Positions 10,404 to 20,952 of a stretch of 64,000 nucleotides of DNA are shown here, one piece after another. The notes under the pieces were generated by a model. The model was not told where the DNA came from, ran no database searches, and saw nothing but the letters and a program-made list of their open reading frames with translations. The stretch lies in contig CASFPB010000026.1 of assembly GCA_949296605.1 (NCBI GenBank), positions 14,859 through 78,858 on the forward strand, given 5' to 3'. The first letter of the stretch is position 1. Every line of letters begins with the position of its first letter. Origin of the DNA: an uncultured bacterium (GTDB lineage: Bacteria > Bacillota_I > Bacilli_A > RF39 > UBA660). A program made the translations under genes and the position numbers.

Positions 10404-11792
10404 ATGAAATTATATAATACGTTAACAAGAAGTATTGAGGAATTTGTTCCTTGGAATAAGAATGAAGTAGGGTTTTATACTTGTGGACCAACAGTTTATC
10501 ATTATGCTCATATTGGTAATATGCGTAATTATATAGGTCATGATATTTTAGATAAAACTTTAAGATATTTGGGATATAATGTAAAAAGAGTAATGAATAT
10601 TACAGATGTTGGACATTTAACTAGTGATTCTGATACCGGTGATGATAAAATGGTAAGCAGTGCAAAAAAAGAAAATAAAACAGTTATGGATATTGCTAGA
10701 TTTTATACTGATGCATTTTTTCATGATTTTGAATTACTTAATAATAGGGTGCCAGATATTGTAAGTCCTGCTACTGGTAATATTGATGAGTATATTAAAA
10801 TTATAACTAAATTATTAGAAAATGGTTATGCTTATCAAGCTGGGGGAAATATATATTTTGATACTACTAAATTAGATGATTATTATCAACTTACTAATCA
10901 TAGAGCTGATGATATGGTTGTAGGTGTTCGCGAAGGTGTTGAAGAAGATGCATCTAAAAGAAATCAAAATGATTTTGTTTTATGGTTTACAAAATCAAAG
11001 TTTGAAGATCAAGAATTAAAATGGAATAGTCCTTGGGGTTTAGGATATCCTGGATGGCATATAGAATGTTCTGGAATAAGCATTAAATATTTAGGAGAAT
11101 ATTTAGATATTCATGGCGGTGGTGTTGATAATATATTTCCACATCATACCAATGAAATTGCTCAAAGTGAATCTTATTTGGGACATAAATGGTGTAATTA
11201 TTGGTTTCATAATGAACATTTAAATGATGAATCTGGTAAAATGAGTAAAAGTCATGGTTCAATTTTAACTGTAAGTGTTTTAAAAGAAAAAGGATATAAT
11301 CCATTAAGTTTTAGATATATGTGTTTAATGAGTCATTATCGTAGGCAATTGGTATTTACTTATAATTCATTAGATGGTGCTGAAAATGCTTATAAAAAAT
11401 TATTAAATAAAACTTATAGTTTAAAATTTGGTGACAATATTAATAATGATGTTTATAATCTTTGGAATGATAAATTTAAATCTTGTTTGGAAGATGACTT
11501 AAATACTGCTAATGCAATAACTGTTTTATATGATTTATTAAAAAGTGATGTTGATAATGATACAAAATACAATTTAGTTGGTAAGTGGGATGAAGTATTA
11601 AGTTTAGATTTGCTTGCAAAAAATAAAGAAAAAGTTGAAAATGAAGATTATATTATGGAAATGATTAATAAAAGAAATGAAGCAAAAAAGAACAAAGATT
11701 ATGAAACTGCTGATAAAATTAGAAATGAATTACTAGAAAAAGGGATTGTTTTAAAAGATACTAGAGAAGGGACTACATACGAATTAAAATAA
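10404..11792 (+). CDS. cysS: Cysteine--tRNA ligase
   Basis: CGPTVYHYAHIGN (HIGH) and KMSKS motifs; 462 aa. Confidence 0.93.
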   Translation: MKLYNTLTRSIEEFVPWNKNEVGFYTCGPTVYHYAHIGNMRNYIGHDILDKTLRYLGYNVKRVMNITDVGHLTSDSDTGDDKMVSSAKKENKTVMDIARFYTDAFFHDFELLNNRVPDIVSPATGNIDEYIKIITKLLENGYAYQAGGNIYFDTTKLDDYYQLTNHRADDMVVGVREGVEEDASKRNQNDFVLWFTKSKFEDQELKWNSPWGLGYPGWHIECSGISIKYLGEYLDIHGGGVDNIFPHHTNEIAQSESYLGHKWCNYWFHNEHLNDESGKMSKSHGSILTVSVLKEKGYNPLSFRYMCLMSHYRRQLVFTYNSLDGAENAYKKLLNKTYSLKFGDNINNDVYNLWNDKFKSCLEDDLNTANAITVLYDLLKSDVDNDTKYNLVGKWDEVLSLDLLAKNKEKVENEDYIMEMINKRNEAKKNKDYETADKIRNELLEKGIVLKDTREGTTYELK

Positions 11793-12967
11793 TGAAAAGA
11801 ATATTATATTTATTTATTATTCTTTTTTCTTTTTGTATTCCCATTTCTTGTTTAGCAGAAGATTTTGATATAACTGGTGAAAATGTTATTTTATATAATT
11901 TAAATGATAATACTATTTTATATGAAAAAAATAGTGATGAAAAAACAAGTATTGCTAGTTTAACAAAAATAATGAGTGCTTTGGTTGCTCTTGATAATAT
12001 TGATGATTTAAATGAAACTGTAACTATTACTGCTAATGATTTTATTGGAACCGAAGGATATTCAAAAGCAGGTTTTTCTATTGGTGATATTGTAACTTAT
12101 GAAGATTTGTTATATGGGGTTTTACTTCCAAGTGGTGCTGATGCTATAAATGCATTAGTAAACAATACTTTGGGTTATGATAATTTTATTACTGCTATGA
12201 ATGAAAAGACAAAAGAAATAGGACTTTCAAATACTAAATTTTCAAATCCTATTGGTAAAGATGACACTAATAATTATTCTACTGCTAGTGATATTGCTAA
12301 AATGTTAAAATATGCTTTAAATAATGATACTTTTAAAGAAGTTTTTACAGCAAAAGAATATACAACTAGTAATGGTATTATTTTGAAATCAACTTTAATG
12401 CCTTATAAAAATATTTTAGATATTAATAAAATAGATGGCTCTAAAAGTGGTTTTACAAAAGAAGCTGGTAGATGTTTGGCTTCAATTACAAATTTGAATG
12501 ATGTAAATTATTTATTAGTAGTTATAAATTCAAGTTTGGATTATAATTATAGTGCTGTCAAAGATACTTTAACAATTTATGATTATTTTAATGATAATTA
12601 TAGTTATCAAGTAATTTTGGATGATAGTAAAATTATTTCAACATTGCCTGTAAAATGGAGTAAAGTAAAAAGTTATGATATTGCAGTAAATGATGAAGTA
12701 AAAATGTATTTGGAAAATGGAACAAGTGAAAATTTAGAATATGAATTTGTTGGTATAAAAGAAATTGATAAAGATGTTAAATTTGGAAGTGAAATAGGTA
12801 AAGTGAAAATTTATAGCAATGGTGAGTTAATATATTCAACAAGTGCTTATTTAAATTCTAATATAGATTATTATCCATCTTTATTATCAATTATTTTAAT
12901 TATTATTACATTTATTATATTATTAAAATTAATTTTATTTAAGAAAAGAAAGAAAAAACGTAAATAA
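11792..12967 (+). CDS. D-alanyl-D-alanine carboxypeptidase (low-molecular-weight PBP, DacA-like) with C-terminal membrane anchor
   Basis: Signal peptide. SxxK (SLTKIM), SGAD (SxN-like) and KSGFT (KTG) motifs. C-terminal TM plus KKRKKKRK tail. Confidence 0.85.
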   Translation: MKRILYLFIILFSFCIPISCLAEDFDITGENVILYNLNDNTILYEKNSDEKTSIASLTKIMSALVALDNIDDLNETVTITANDFIGTEGYSKAGFSIGDIVTYEDLLYGVLLPSGADAINALVNNTLGYDNFITAMNEKTKEIGLSNTKFSNPIGKDDTNNYSTASDIAKMLKYALNNDTFKEVFTAKEYTTSNGIILKSTLMPYKNILDINKIDGSKSGFTKEAGRCLASITNLNDVNYLLVVINSSLDYNYSAVKDTLTIYDYFNDNYSYQVILDDSKIISTLPVKWSKVKSYDIAVNDEVKMYLENGTSENLEYEFVGIKEIDKDVKFGSEIGKVKIYSNGELIYSTSAYLNSNIDYYPSLLSIILIIITFIILLKLILFKKRKKKRK

Positions 12968-13051
12968 CTATTTTCTTTCTTTATTTTTTGATATAATTTT
13001 TTTAGGATATTAAAATAAATATAGATAATATTAGTTAATGTATGGAGGTAG

Positions 13052-13945
13052 ATGATGAATAAAGTAGTTATTGTTGGTTGTGGTAATGTTGGTATGAGTT
13101 ATGCTTATGCTTTAATAAATCAAAAATGTAGTGTTGATGAATTAATTTTAATTGATAAAAATACTGATAAAGCTCTAGGGGAAGCAATGGATTTAAATCA
13201 TAGTATTCCTTATTCATTAAATACAATGAATGTCAAAGCGGGTGATTATAATGATTGTGGGGATGCTAAAATTATTGTAATATCTGCTGGTGCTAATCAA
13301 AATATCGGTGAAACAAGACTTGATTTAATCAATAAAAATGAAGTTATTTTTAAGGAAATAATATATAAAATAATGGCTACTAGTTTTAATGGCATATTTT
13401 TAATAGCTACTAATCCAGTTGATGCTATGAGCTATATTACTTATAAATGCTCTAAATTGGATAATAGACAAGTGATAGGGACAGGAACTAGTTTGGATAC
13501 TGCTAGGTTAAGATATTCACTATCTAAAAGGTTTAATATTTATCCTAAAAATGTTCATGCCTATGTTTTAGGAGAACATGGAGATTCAGAGTTTATTGCG
13601 TGGAGTAGTGCAATGGTAGGTAGTTTAAAAATTGATTCTATGTTAAGTGATGATGAAAAAAAGGAAATAGAAATTGAAGTAAGAGAATCTGCTTATGACA
13701 TTATTAATAAAAAAGGTAATACTTCATATGGTATTGGAATGTGTTTAGTTAGAATTACTAATGCAATTTTAAATGATGAAAATGCTATAATTACTGTTTC
13801 TTCATTAGATAATGATGTCTATATAAGCAAGCCATGTATTATTAATAAAAATGGAATTAGAAAAAGATTGGAAATTGACTTAAATGATGAAGAAAAAATA
13901 TTATTTGAAAAATCTAAAAATGTTATAAAAAATGTTATTGATTAG
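13052..13945 (+). CDS. ldh: L-lactate dehydrogenase
   Basis: NAD-binding VVIVGCGNVGMSYAYAL and substrate-binding/catalytic region GEHGDSE; 297 aa. Confidence 0.9.
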   Translation: MMNKVVIVGCGNVGMSYAYALINQKCSVDELILIDKNTDKALGEAMDLNHSIPYSLNTMNVKAGDYNDCGDAKIIVISAGANQNIGETRLDLINKNEVIFKEIIYKIMATSFNGIFLIATNPVDAMSYITYKCSKLDNRQVIGTGTSLDTARLRYSLSKRFNIYPKNVHAYVLGEHGDSEFIAWSSAMVGSLKIDSMLSDDEKKEIEIEVRESAYDIINKKGNTSYGIGMCLVRITNAILNDENAIITVSSLDNDVYISKPCIINKNGIRKRLEIDLNDEEKILFEKSKNVIKNVID

Positions 13946-13953
13946 GAGGATTT

Positions 13954-14433
13954 ATGAAATTATTAGTTTATTTTAGTTATACAGGACATACAAAGTATAT
14001 TGCTGAAATCATTAAACAAAATATTAATTGTGATGTAATTCGTTTAGAACCAGTTATTTCATATTCAAATGATTATAATAAAGTTGTTAATGATGAACAA
14101 AATCAAGAAAGCAGTGATATAATTCCTGAAATTAAAGATATTAATATTGATTTGGATTTATATGATACAATTATTATTGGAACTCCAGTATGGTGGTATC
14201 GTAGTGCCCCAGTTATTAGAGCATTTTTAAAAAAATATGATTTATCAAATAAAATAATTATTCCTTATGCTACTAATGCTGGATGGTTGGGTAAAACATT
14301 TAATGAAATTAAAAGTTTATGTCCAAATTCAAAAGTAGTAAATGAATTTAATATTGTGTTTACTAGTGATTATATTAAAAATGAGTTAGTTACACCAATT
14401 GAGACAATTGAAAATTGGATAAATAATATATAA
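13954..14433 (+). CDS. Flavodoxin-family protein
   Basis: 159 aa. N-terminal YFSYTGHTKYIAE (flavodoxin phosphate-binding loop-like) and PVWWYRSAP. Confidence 0.65.
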   Translation: MKLLVYFSYTGHTKYIAEIIKQNINCDVIRLEPVISYSNDYNKVVNDEQNQESSDIIPEIKDINIDLDLYDTIIIGTPVWWYRSAPVIRAFLKKYDLSNKIIIPYATNAGWLGKTFNEIKSLCPNSKVVNEFNIVFTSDYIKNELVTPIETIENWINNI

Positions 14434-14447
14434 GAAAAGGAGAAAAA

Positions 14448-15332
14448 ATGGAAAAGTCAAAAGTTTATTTTATTAAAGAAATAACATCAGAAAATATTAT
14501 TAAAATTTATAATGCTTTAGGAAAAAAACTTGAAGGAAATGTTGCTGTTAAATTGCATTCTGGTGAAAAAGGAAATAGAAATTATTTGAAACCTGAATTT
14601 GTAAAGGATATTGTAAAATATGTTAATGGGACAGTGGTGGAATGTAATACTGCATATGAAGGGGCTAGAAACACAACTGAAAAACACCGTAAATTAATTG
14701 AAGAACATGAATGGGAAAAGTATTTTTCATTTGATTTAATGGATGCTTTGGGACCAGATTTAGAACTTGATGTTCCAAACGGTAAAGTTTTAAAGAAAAA
14801 TTATGTTGGTAAAAATTTGGCAAATTATGATTCAATGTTAGTTTTATCGCATTTTAAGGGGCATGCTATGGGAGGATATGGTGGTGCTTTAAAACAACTT
14901 AGTATTGGTTGTGCATCATCTAAAGGTAAAACGCTAATTCATACTGCTGGTGTTACTGATAATCAATATGAATTATTTAATAATTTACCTGAACAAGATA
15001 AATTTTTAGAAGCTATGGCTGATGCTGCTAGTAGTGTTGTTAATTATTTTAATGGTAATATTGTATATATTAATATTATGAAAAATATTTCTATAGATTG
15101 TGATTGTGATGGTAATGCTAGTCTTCCGTGTATGAATGATATAGGAATTCTTGCAAGTATTGATCCTGTTGCCGTTGATCAAGCATGTTTAGATTTAGTT
15201 TATAATTCAAATGATTTAGGTAAAGAAAAGTTAATTAAAAGAATAGAATCTTTACATGGAATTCATACAATTGAAGCTGCTAGTGAACTGGAAATTGGTT
15301 CTAGGGATTATGATTTAATAGTAGTTGAATAA
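14448..15332 (+). CDS. DUF362-family protein (putative redox/Fe-S associated)
   Basis: 294 aa. N-terminus MEKSKVYFIKE...AVKLHSGEKGN typical of DUF362. Cys cluster CDCDGN. Confidence 0.5.
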   Translation: MEKSKVYFIKEITSENIIKIYNALGKKLEGNVAVKLHSGEKGNRNYLKPEFVKDIVKYVNGTVVECNTAYEGARNTTEKHRKLIEEHEWEKYFSFDLMDALGPDLELDVPNGKVLKKNYVGKNLANYDSMLVLSHFKGHAMGGYGGALKQLSIGCASSKGKTLIHTAGVTDNQYELFNNLPEQDKFLEAMADAASSVVNYFNGNIVYINIMKNISIDCDCDGNASLPCMNDIGILASIDPVAVDQACLDLVYNSNDLGKEKLIKRIESLHGIHTIEAASELEIGSRDYDLIVVE

Positions 15333-15453
15333 TTAAGAATAACTGTTATATTTTATAGCAGTTTTTTATTATCAGAAAAAAGTTAGTTAAATAAAAATAT
15401 ATAATTGATTGTTATTTAATTTTATTAATGTTAAAATAAACTTGTGATTGCTT

Positions 15454-15828
15454 ATGAAAAATAAAAAATTAATAAATTCTTTTAAATATGCTTTTAAAGG
15501 AATTGTCTCTGCATTATTATCTGAAAGAAACATGAAAATTCATGTTAATATAATGGCACTAGTTATTATCTTTGGATTAATACTAAATATTAGTGTTGGA
15601 GAATGGTTTGTTTGCATTATTTGTTTTGCAATAGTAATAAGTGCTGAAATGTTTAATACTGCATTTGAACAAATGGTTGATATTGCTATGCCAGAAAAAG
15701 ATCCAAGAGCAAAATTTGTAAAAGATGTAGCTGCTGGTGGAGTTTTAGTAATGGCTATTGCGTCTTTAGTTATTGGCTTAATTATTTTTGTTCCGAAAGG
15801 TTTATTTTTCTTAGAAAGTATATTATAA
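15454..15828 (+). CDS. dgkA: Diacylglycerol kinase / undecaprenol kinase (prokaryotic DgkA family)
   Basis: About 125 aa, 3 TM. SERNMKIH and EMFNTAFEQMVD motifs. Confidence 0.8.
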   Translation: MKNKKLINSFKYAFKGIVSALLSERNMKIHVNIMALVIIFGLILNISVGEWFVCIICFAIVISAEMFNTAFEQMVDIAMPEKDPRAKFVKDVAAGGVLVMAIASLVIGLIIFVPKGLFFLESIL

Positions 15829-15888
15829 TCTATTAATGTAATTTTATTTTTTAAAAAATAAGATTTAAAAATACAATAATATGTTTAG

Positions 15889-16383
15889 GTGGGGGTTATG
15901 AAACATAGTGAATTTTTGGAAAAGTATAGGAACATTAATTGTTTATTAATATTACTTAATAATTTTGATATATCTCTATTAGAAAATATTCATTATCATT
16001 TATTTAATGATTGTGAAGATGGTGAAATTTTAAGATATAAACCAGATGATTTAGAATATAAAGAAATAGAGCAAGTTATGCAAAGATATATAAGTTTATT
16101 AACAAGCATTAAAAATTCTGATGAATTTATTTTAAATGCACTACGTTTAATTGCTATTATTTTTTTGTATCAGCCATTTTATGATGGAAATTCTAGAGTT
16201 TGTTTAACTCTTTTAAAGCTATTATTAGAAAGTATTGGTTTAGGTCTTTATTTAGAAGATGACGAAAAAAACTTAAATAGACATATTTTATCTACTTTTT
16301 ATACTCCAGATGATGAAGTAACTTTAACTAATTTTAAAATGGCGAATAGTTGCGTTTTGAGAAGATTAAATGCAAAAAATTAG
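15889..16383 (+). CDS. Fic/Doc (Fido)-like protein with a degenerate active-site motif
   Basis: 164 aa. LYQPFYDGNSRVCLTLL aligns to the Fic motif HPFx(D/E)GNGRxxR, with the catalytic His replaced by Gln and the last Arg replaced by Leu. Confidence 0.55.
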   Translation: MGVMKHSEFLEKYRNINCLLILLNNFDISLLENIHYHLFNDCEDGEILRYKPDDLEYKEIEQVMQRYISLLTSIKNSDEFILNALRLIAIIFLYQPFYDGNSRVCLTLLKLLLESIGLGLYLEDDEKNLNRHILSTFYTPDDEVTLTNFKMANSCVLRRLNAKN

Positions 16384-16505
16384 TGAAAATATAATAGTAT
16401 TTTAAAATAAATAATACTAATAATAAGAATAAGAATTTATAAAAAAAATTATTTGAAATATTTTATATATTTATTAAATGTTGACGTAAAGAAAGGGAGT
16501 TAGTT

Positions 16506-18449
16506 ATGTTTAAGTTAGTATCAAAATTTAAACCAAGTGGTGATCAACCAGATGCTATTAATAAGTTAGTTGAAGGAATTAATAATGGTGTAAAAGAACA
16601 AGTATTATTGGGAGCAACTGGAACAGGTAAAACATTTACTATTGCTAATGTAATTAAAGAAGTAAATAAACCTACGTTAGTTTTAGCACATAATAAAACT
16701 TTAGCTGGACAACTTTATGCAGAATTAAAAGAATTTTTTCCTGAAAATCATGTTGAGTATTTTGTATCTTATTATGATTATTATCAACCTGAAGCATATG
16801 TTCCTAGTAGTGATACATATATTGAAAAAGATGCATCAATAAATGATGAGATAGATGAATTAAGGCACGCAGCGACAAGTGCTTTAATAAATTACAAAGA
16901 TGTAATAGTTGTTGCTTCTGTATCTTGTATTTATGGTATTGGTGAAAAGTCCGAATATGAAAAAAATATGCTTATTTTAACTGTTGGAGATAGTATTACT
17001 CGTAATAAAATATTAAATAGATTAATTGATATGACTTATGAAAGAAGTGATTTGGATTTTCATAGAGGGTCTTTTCGTGTTAGAGGGAATAATATAGATA
17101 TAATTCCTGTAAATGAAAAGGTTAGTGGAATAAGAATATCTTTAGATGATGACAAAATTGAATCTATAGCTATTTTTGATCCTTTGACTGGTGTAGTAAC
17201 TAATAATAAAAAAAGTATAACTATTTCTCCTGCATCACACTTTGTGACTAGTAAAGATAAGTTGGAAATAGCTATTACTAGAATTGAAGAAGAATTAAAA
17301 AAAAGATTAGAAGAATTAAAAAATGAAAATAAATTAATTGAAGAACAACGTCTTAGAGAAAGAACAAATTATGATATTGAAATGTTACGTGAAACAGGAT
17401 TTTGTAATGGTGTAGAAAATTATTCTAGACATTTAGCATTACGAGATGAAGGAGAAACTCCAAGCTGTTTGATTGACTTTTTTCCTAAAGATTTTTTATT
17501 GGTTGTTGATGAATCTCATGTTACATTGCCTCAAGTTAGAGGTATGTATAATGGCGATAGGATGCGTAAACAAACATTAGTTGATTATGGTTTTCGTTTG
17601 CCAAGTGCCCTTGATAATAGGCCTTTAACTTTTAGTGAATTTGAAGAACATATTAATCAAGCTATATACGTTTCTGCAACTCCAGGGGATTATGAATTAG
17701 AAAAAACTGATGGTAAATTTGTAGAACAAATAATAAGACCAACTGGTTTACTTGATCCTTTAATTGAAGTTCGTCCTACTGAAGGTCAAATTGATGATAT
17801 AATAAATGAAATAAGAGATAGAATTGATAAAAATGAACGTGTTTTAATAACTACTCTTACTATACGAATGAGTGAGGAACTAACAAATTATTTAAAAGAA
17901 TTAAATATAAAAGTTGCATATTTACATAGTGAAATTAAAACTTTGGAAAGATTAAAAATTATTCATGATTTAAGAAAAGGTATATATGATTGTGTAGTTG
18001 GAATTAATCTTTTAAGAGAAGGTTTAGATATTCCCGAAGTAAGCTTAATATGTATTTTAGATGCTGATAAACAAGGATTTTTACGTAGTAGTAGAAGTTT
18101 AATCCAAACTATTGGTAGATGTGCTAGAAATTCATCTGGTAAAGTTATAATGTATGCTGATACTATTAGTGATGCTATGAAAGAAGCAATAGCAGAAACT
18201 AAAAGAAGAAGAGAAATACAAGAGCATTATAATAAAGAACATAATATTATTCCAAAAACTATAATTAAAGAAATAAAAGATGTTGTGTCTAATGAAATAA
18301 AAGATGAAAAGAAAAAGAAGATGAGTGCTAAGGATAAACAAAAGATGATCTTACAAATTGAAGAAGAAATGAAGGAAGCTGCAAGTAAAATGGATTTTGA
18401 AAGAGCTATGGAACTTAGAGATATATTGTTTGAATTAAAAGGTATTTAA
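16506..18449 (+). CDS. uvrB: Excinuclease ABC subunit B
   Basis: 647 aa. Walker A GATGTGKT, helicase motifs, C-terminal UvrB/UvrC interaction region. Confidence 0.95.
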   Translation: MFKLVSKFKPSGDQPDAINKLVEGINNGVKEQVLLGATGTGKTFTIANVIKEVNKPTLVLAHNKTLAGQLYAELKEFFPENHVEYFVSYYDYYQPEAYVPSSDTYIEKDASINDEIDELRHAATSALINYKDVIVVASVSCIYGIGEKSEYEKNMLILTVGDSITRNKILNRLIDMTYERSDLDFHRGSFRVRGNNIDIIPVNEKVSGIRISLDDDKIESIAIFDPLTGVVTNNKKSITISPASHFVTSKDKLEIAITRIEEELKKRLEELKNENKLIEEQRLRERTNYDIEMLRETGFCNGVENYSRHLALRDEGETPSCLIDFFPKDFLLVVDESHVTLPQVRGMYNGDRMRKQTLVDYGFRLPSALDNRPLTFSEFEEHINQAIYVSATPGDYELEKTDGKFVEQIIRPTGLLDPLIEVRPTEGQIDDIINEIRDRIDKNERVLITTLTIRMSEELTNYLKELNIKVAYLHSEIKTLERLKIIHDLRKGIYDCVVGINLLREGLDIPEVSLICILDADKQGFLRSSRSLIQTIGRCARNSSGKVIMYADTISDAMKEAIAETKRRREIQEHYNKEHNIIPKTIIKEIKDVVSNEIKDEKKKKMSAKDKQKMILQIEEEMKEAASKMDFERAMELRDILFELKGI

Positions 18450-18495
18450 AAAAATAAAATATTATGTTAAAATCTAAAACGTGAAGAGGTGTCTT

Positions 18496-20112
18496 ATGGC
18501 TATATTTATTTTTGGACATAAAAATCCAGATACTGATACTGTGTGTTCTAGTATTGCATTATCATATTTGAAAAATGCTTTGGGAGCTAAAACTGTTCCT
18601 AAAGTTTTAGGTAATATTAATAATGAAACAAAATTTGTTTTAAATTATTTTAATGAACCTGTTCCTAGTTATTTAAATGATGTTCGAGTTAGAATAAAAA
18701 ATATAAAATATGATAAAAAAGCTTATATTAATGAAAATGCTTCAATTGATTCTGCTTTTAAATTGATGCAAAAACAAAATATTACTGCTATTCCTTTAAT
18801 AGATGAAAAAAAGAAATTAACAGGTTATGTTACATTGAAAGAAATTGCAAGATATCTTATTAATGGCAATAAAGAAATAGTTCACACAAAATTTGATAAT
18901 ATAATTGATACATTGAATGCTAAAGTTATTACAAAATTTGATGATTATATTAGTGGTGATATTTTAATTGCTGGTTTGCAAAGTAAAACTATACAAAAGG
19001 AAATTGAATTATCTGAAAGAGACATATTAATAGTAGGGGATAGACATAAAGTTTTGGAATATGCAATTAATTCTAAAGTTAAATTAATTATTCTTCCTTT
19101 AAATATTAATATAGAAAAAAGGTTAATAAAAAAAGCAGAAAAAAATAAGATAAACATTATTGCTTCTGAATTTGATAGTTTCCAAATAGCTAGTAAAATT
19201 TTATTAAGTAATTATATAAAAAGCATAAATGTTAATAAAAATCCTGTAACAATTAATAATGATGATTACTATGAGGATTTTAAAACAATGACTCATAAGA
19301 TTAATCATACTAATTATCCAATAGTTAATAATAAAAATGAGTGTTTAGGTTTAATTAGATTAACTGGTCCAAATGATTATGAAAAACAAAAAGTAATTTT
19401 GGTAGATCATAATAATTTAGCTCAATCTGTTGATGGAATCGAAGAAGCAGAGATATTAGAAATAATTGATCATCATAATCTTGGAACTATTGGGACAAAA
19501 GTTCCTATTAATTTTCAATCTAAACCTGTTGGATGCACAGCAACAATTATTTATGAAAAGTTTGTAAAAAATAAAGTTCCTATTCCTCGTAATATTGCTG
19601 GGTTAATGTTATCTGCGATAATATCTGATACTTTACTTTTAACTAGTCCAACTACTACTGAAGATGATAAATTTGTTGCTATAAAACTTGCTAAATTAGC
19701 AAAAGTGGATATAGATAAATACGGACTTGAAATGCTAAAAGCAGCAAGTTCTATTGAAGGAAAATCTATTCCAGAATTAATAAAAACTGATTTTAAATCA
19801 TATGTTGTTGGTAATAAAGTTTTAGGAATAAGTCAAATAATGACTATGGACTTTGATACTATAAAAGAGAATATAAATGAATATATAAAGATTTTAAATG
19901 AAATGGTTGAGGCTAGTTATAGTGTTGTAGCTATATTTATAACTGATATAATAAAAAATGGGTCTTATGTAATTTATAATGATAAATCAATTGATATTAT
20001 CAAAGATAGTTTTGGTTTAGATAATATTTATCAAGGTATGTTTTTACCAAAAATTGTATCTAGAAAAAAACAAATACAACCAAATATAATTAGTGTATTA
20101 GAAGGTGATTAA
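18496..20112 (+). CDS. CBS-domain-containing family II (DHH) inorganic pyrophosphatase
   Basis: DHH motifs (FGHKNPDTDT, LVDHNN, IIDHHNLG), inserted CBS pair and DRTGG-like segment, DHHA2 C-terminus. Start set at ATG 18496 after a GAAGAGGTG RBS. Confidence 0.8.
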   Translation: MAIFIFGHKNPDTDTVCSSIALSYLKNALGAKTVPKVLGNINNETKFVLNYFNEPVPSYLNDVRVRIKNIKYDKKAYINENASIDSAFKLMQKQNITAIPLIDEKKKLTGYVTLKEIARYLINGNKEIVHTKFDNIIDTLNAKVITKFDDYISGDILIAGLQSKTIQKEIELSERDILIVGDRHKVLEYAINSKVKLIILPLNINIEKRLIKKAEKNKINIIASEFDSFQIASKILLSNYIKSINVNKNPVTINNDDYYEDFKTMTHKINHTNYPIVNNKNECLGLIRLTGPNDYEKQKVILVDHNNLAQSVDGIEEAEILEIIDHHNLGTIGTKVPINFQSKPVGCTATIIYEKFVKNKVPIPRNIAGLMLSAIISDTLLLTSPTTTEDDKFVAIKLAKLAKVDIDKYGLEMLKAASSIEGKSIPELIKTDFKSYVVGNKVLGISQIMTMDFDTIKENINEYIKILNEMVEASYSVVAIFITDIIKNGSYVIYNDKSIDIIKDSFGLDNIYQGMFLPKIVSRKKQIQPNIISVLEGD

Positions 20113-20873
20113 TGAAAGCTTTAATAACTGGTGCATCAAGTGGTATTGGATTAGAAATGGCTTATTATTTAGCTAAGCAAAAAGTTGATTTAATATTGGT
20201 GGCAAGAAATAAAGAAAAATTAAATGAAATAAAAGATGATGTTAGTGTTGATGTAAAAATTATTTCTTTAGATTTAATTGATGAAAAAAATGTATTTAAG
20301 TTATATGAATTAGTTAAAAATGATGATATTGATATATTAATCAATAATGCTGGCTTTGGTTTGTTTGGAACTTTTGATAAAACAGATTTAAATAGAGAAT
20401 TAGAAATGATTAATTTAAATATAAAAACTTATCATATTTTAACTAAGTTATATTTACAAGATTTTATAAAAAAAGATTCAGGATATATTTTAAATGTTTG
20501 TTCTAGTGCAGGGTTTATGGCTGGTCCTAGATTAAGCACTTATTATGCAACGAAAAATTATGTTACAAAGCTTACGATGGCAATTAATGAAGAATTACGT
20601 CATATTAAAAGTAATGTTTCTATTTCTGCGTTATGTCCTGGACCTGTTAATACTAATTTTAATAAAGTAGCAAAAGGAGAATTTTCTATAAAAGAAATTT
20701 CTCCGAAATATGTTGCTAAGTATGGGATAGATAAAATGTTTAAAAGCAAAATGATAATAATTCCAACTTTTAAAATGAAATTAACTTTATTTTTTTCAAG
20801 ATTTATTCCATATAGGTTGCAGTTATTAATTGCTTATCATATTCAAGGCAGAAAATTAAAACATATAAAATAA
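20112..20873 (+). CDS. Short-chain dehydrogenase/reductase (SDR) family oxidoreductase
   Basis: TGASSGIG cofactor motif, NNAG, catalytic YxxxK (YYATK). Confidence 0.85.
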   Translation: MKALITGASSGIGLEMAYYLAKQKVDLILVARNKEKLNEIKDDVSVDVKIISLDLIDEKNVFKLYELVKNDDIDILINNAGFGLFGTFDKTDLNRELEMINLNIKTYHILTKLYLQDFIKKDSGYILNVCSSAGFMAGPRLSTYYATKNYVTKLTMAINEELRHIKSNVSISALCPGPVNTNFNKVAKGEFSIKEISPKYVAKYGIDKMFKSKMIIIPTFKMKLTLFFSRFIPYRLQLLIAYHIQGRKLKHIK

Positions 20874-20952
20874 AATTTGTGTAAAATATAATTAATCTTG
20901 TTTATCTGATGTAACTTAAATGTTATTATTAAATTGTAAGGATTGATTTTAT

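Noticed and set aside
11083-11304. Antisense ORFs inside well-supported genes: 11083-11304, 18132-18341, 18945-19157, 26682-26873, 28005-28193, 31859-32092, 32902-33321, 40445-40678, 47279-47593, 52654-52836, 63464-63670 (minus). Same-strand alternative frames: 33649-33873, 41631-41831, 55146-55343, 59234-59512, 60141-60347, 60765-60989.
   Set aside because: Each lies entirely within a longer ORF with clear homology-grade motifs and is composed of low-complexity F/L/I/K-rich sequence typical of off-frame AT-rich DNA.
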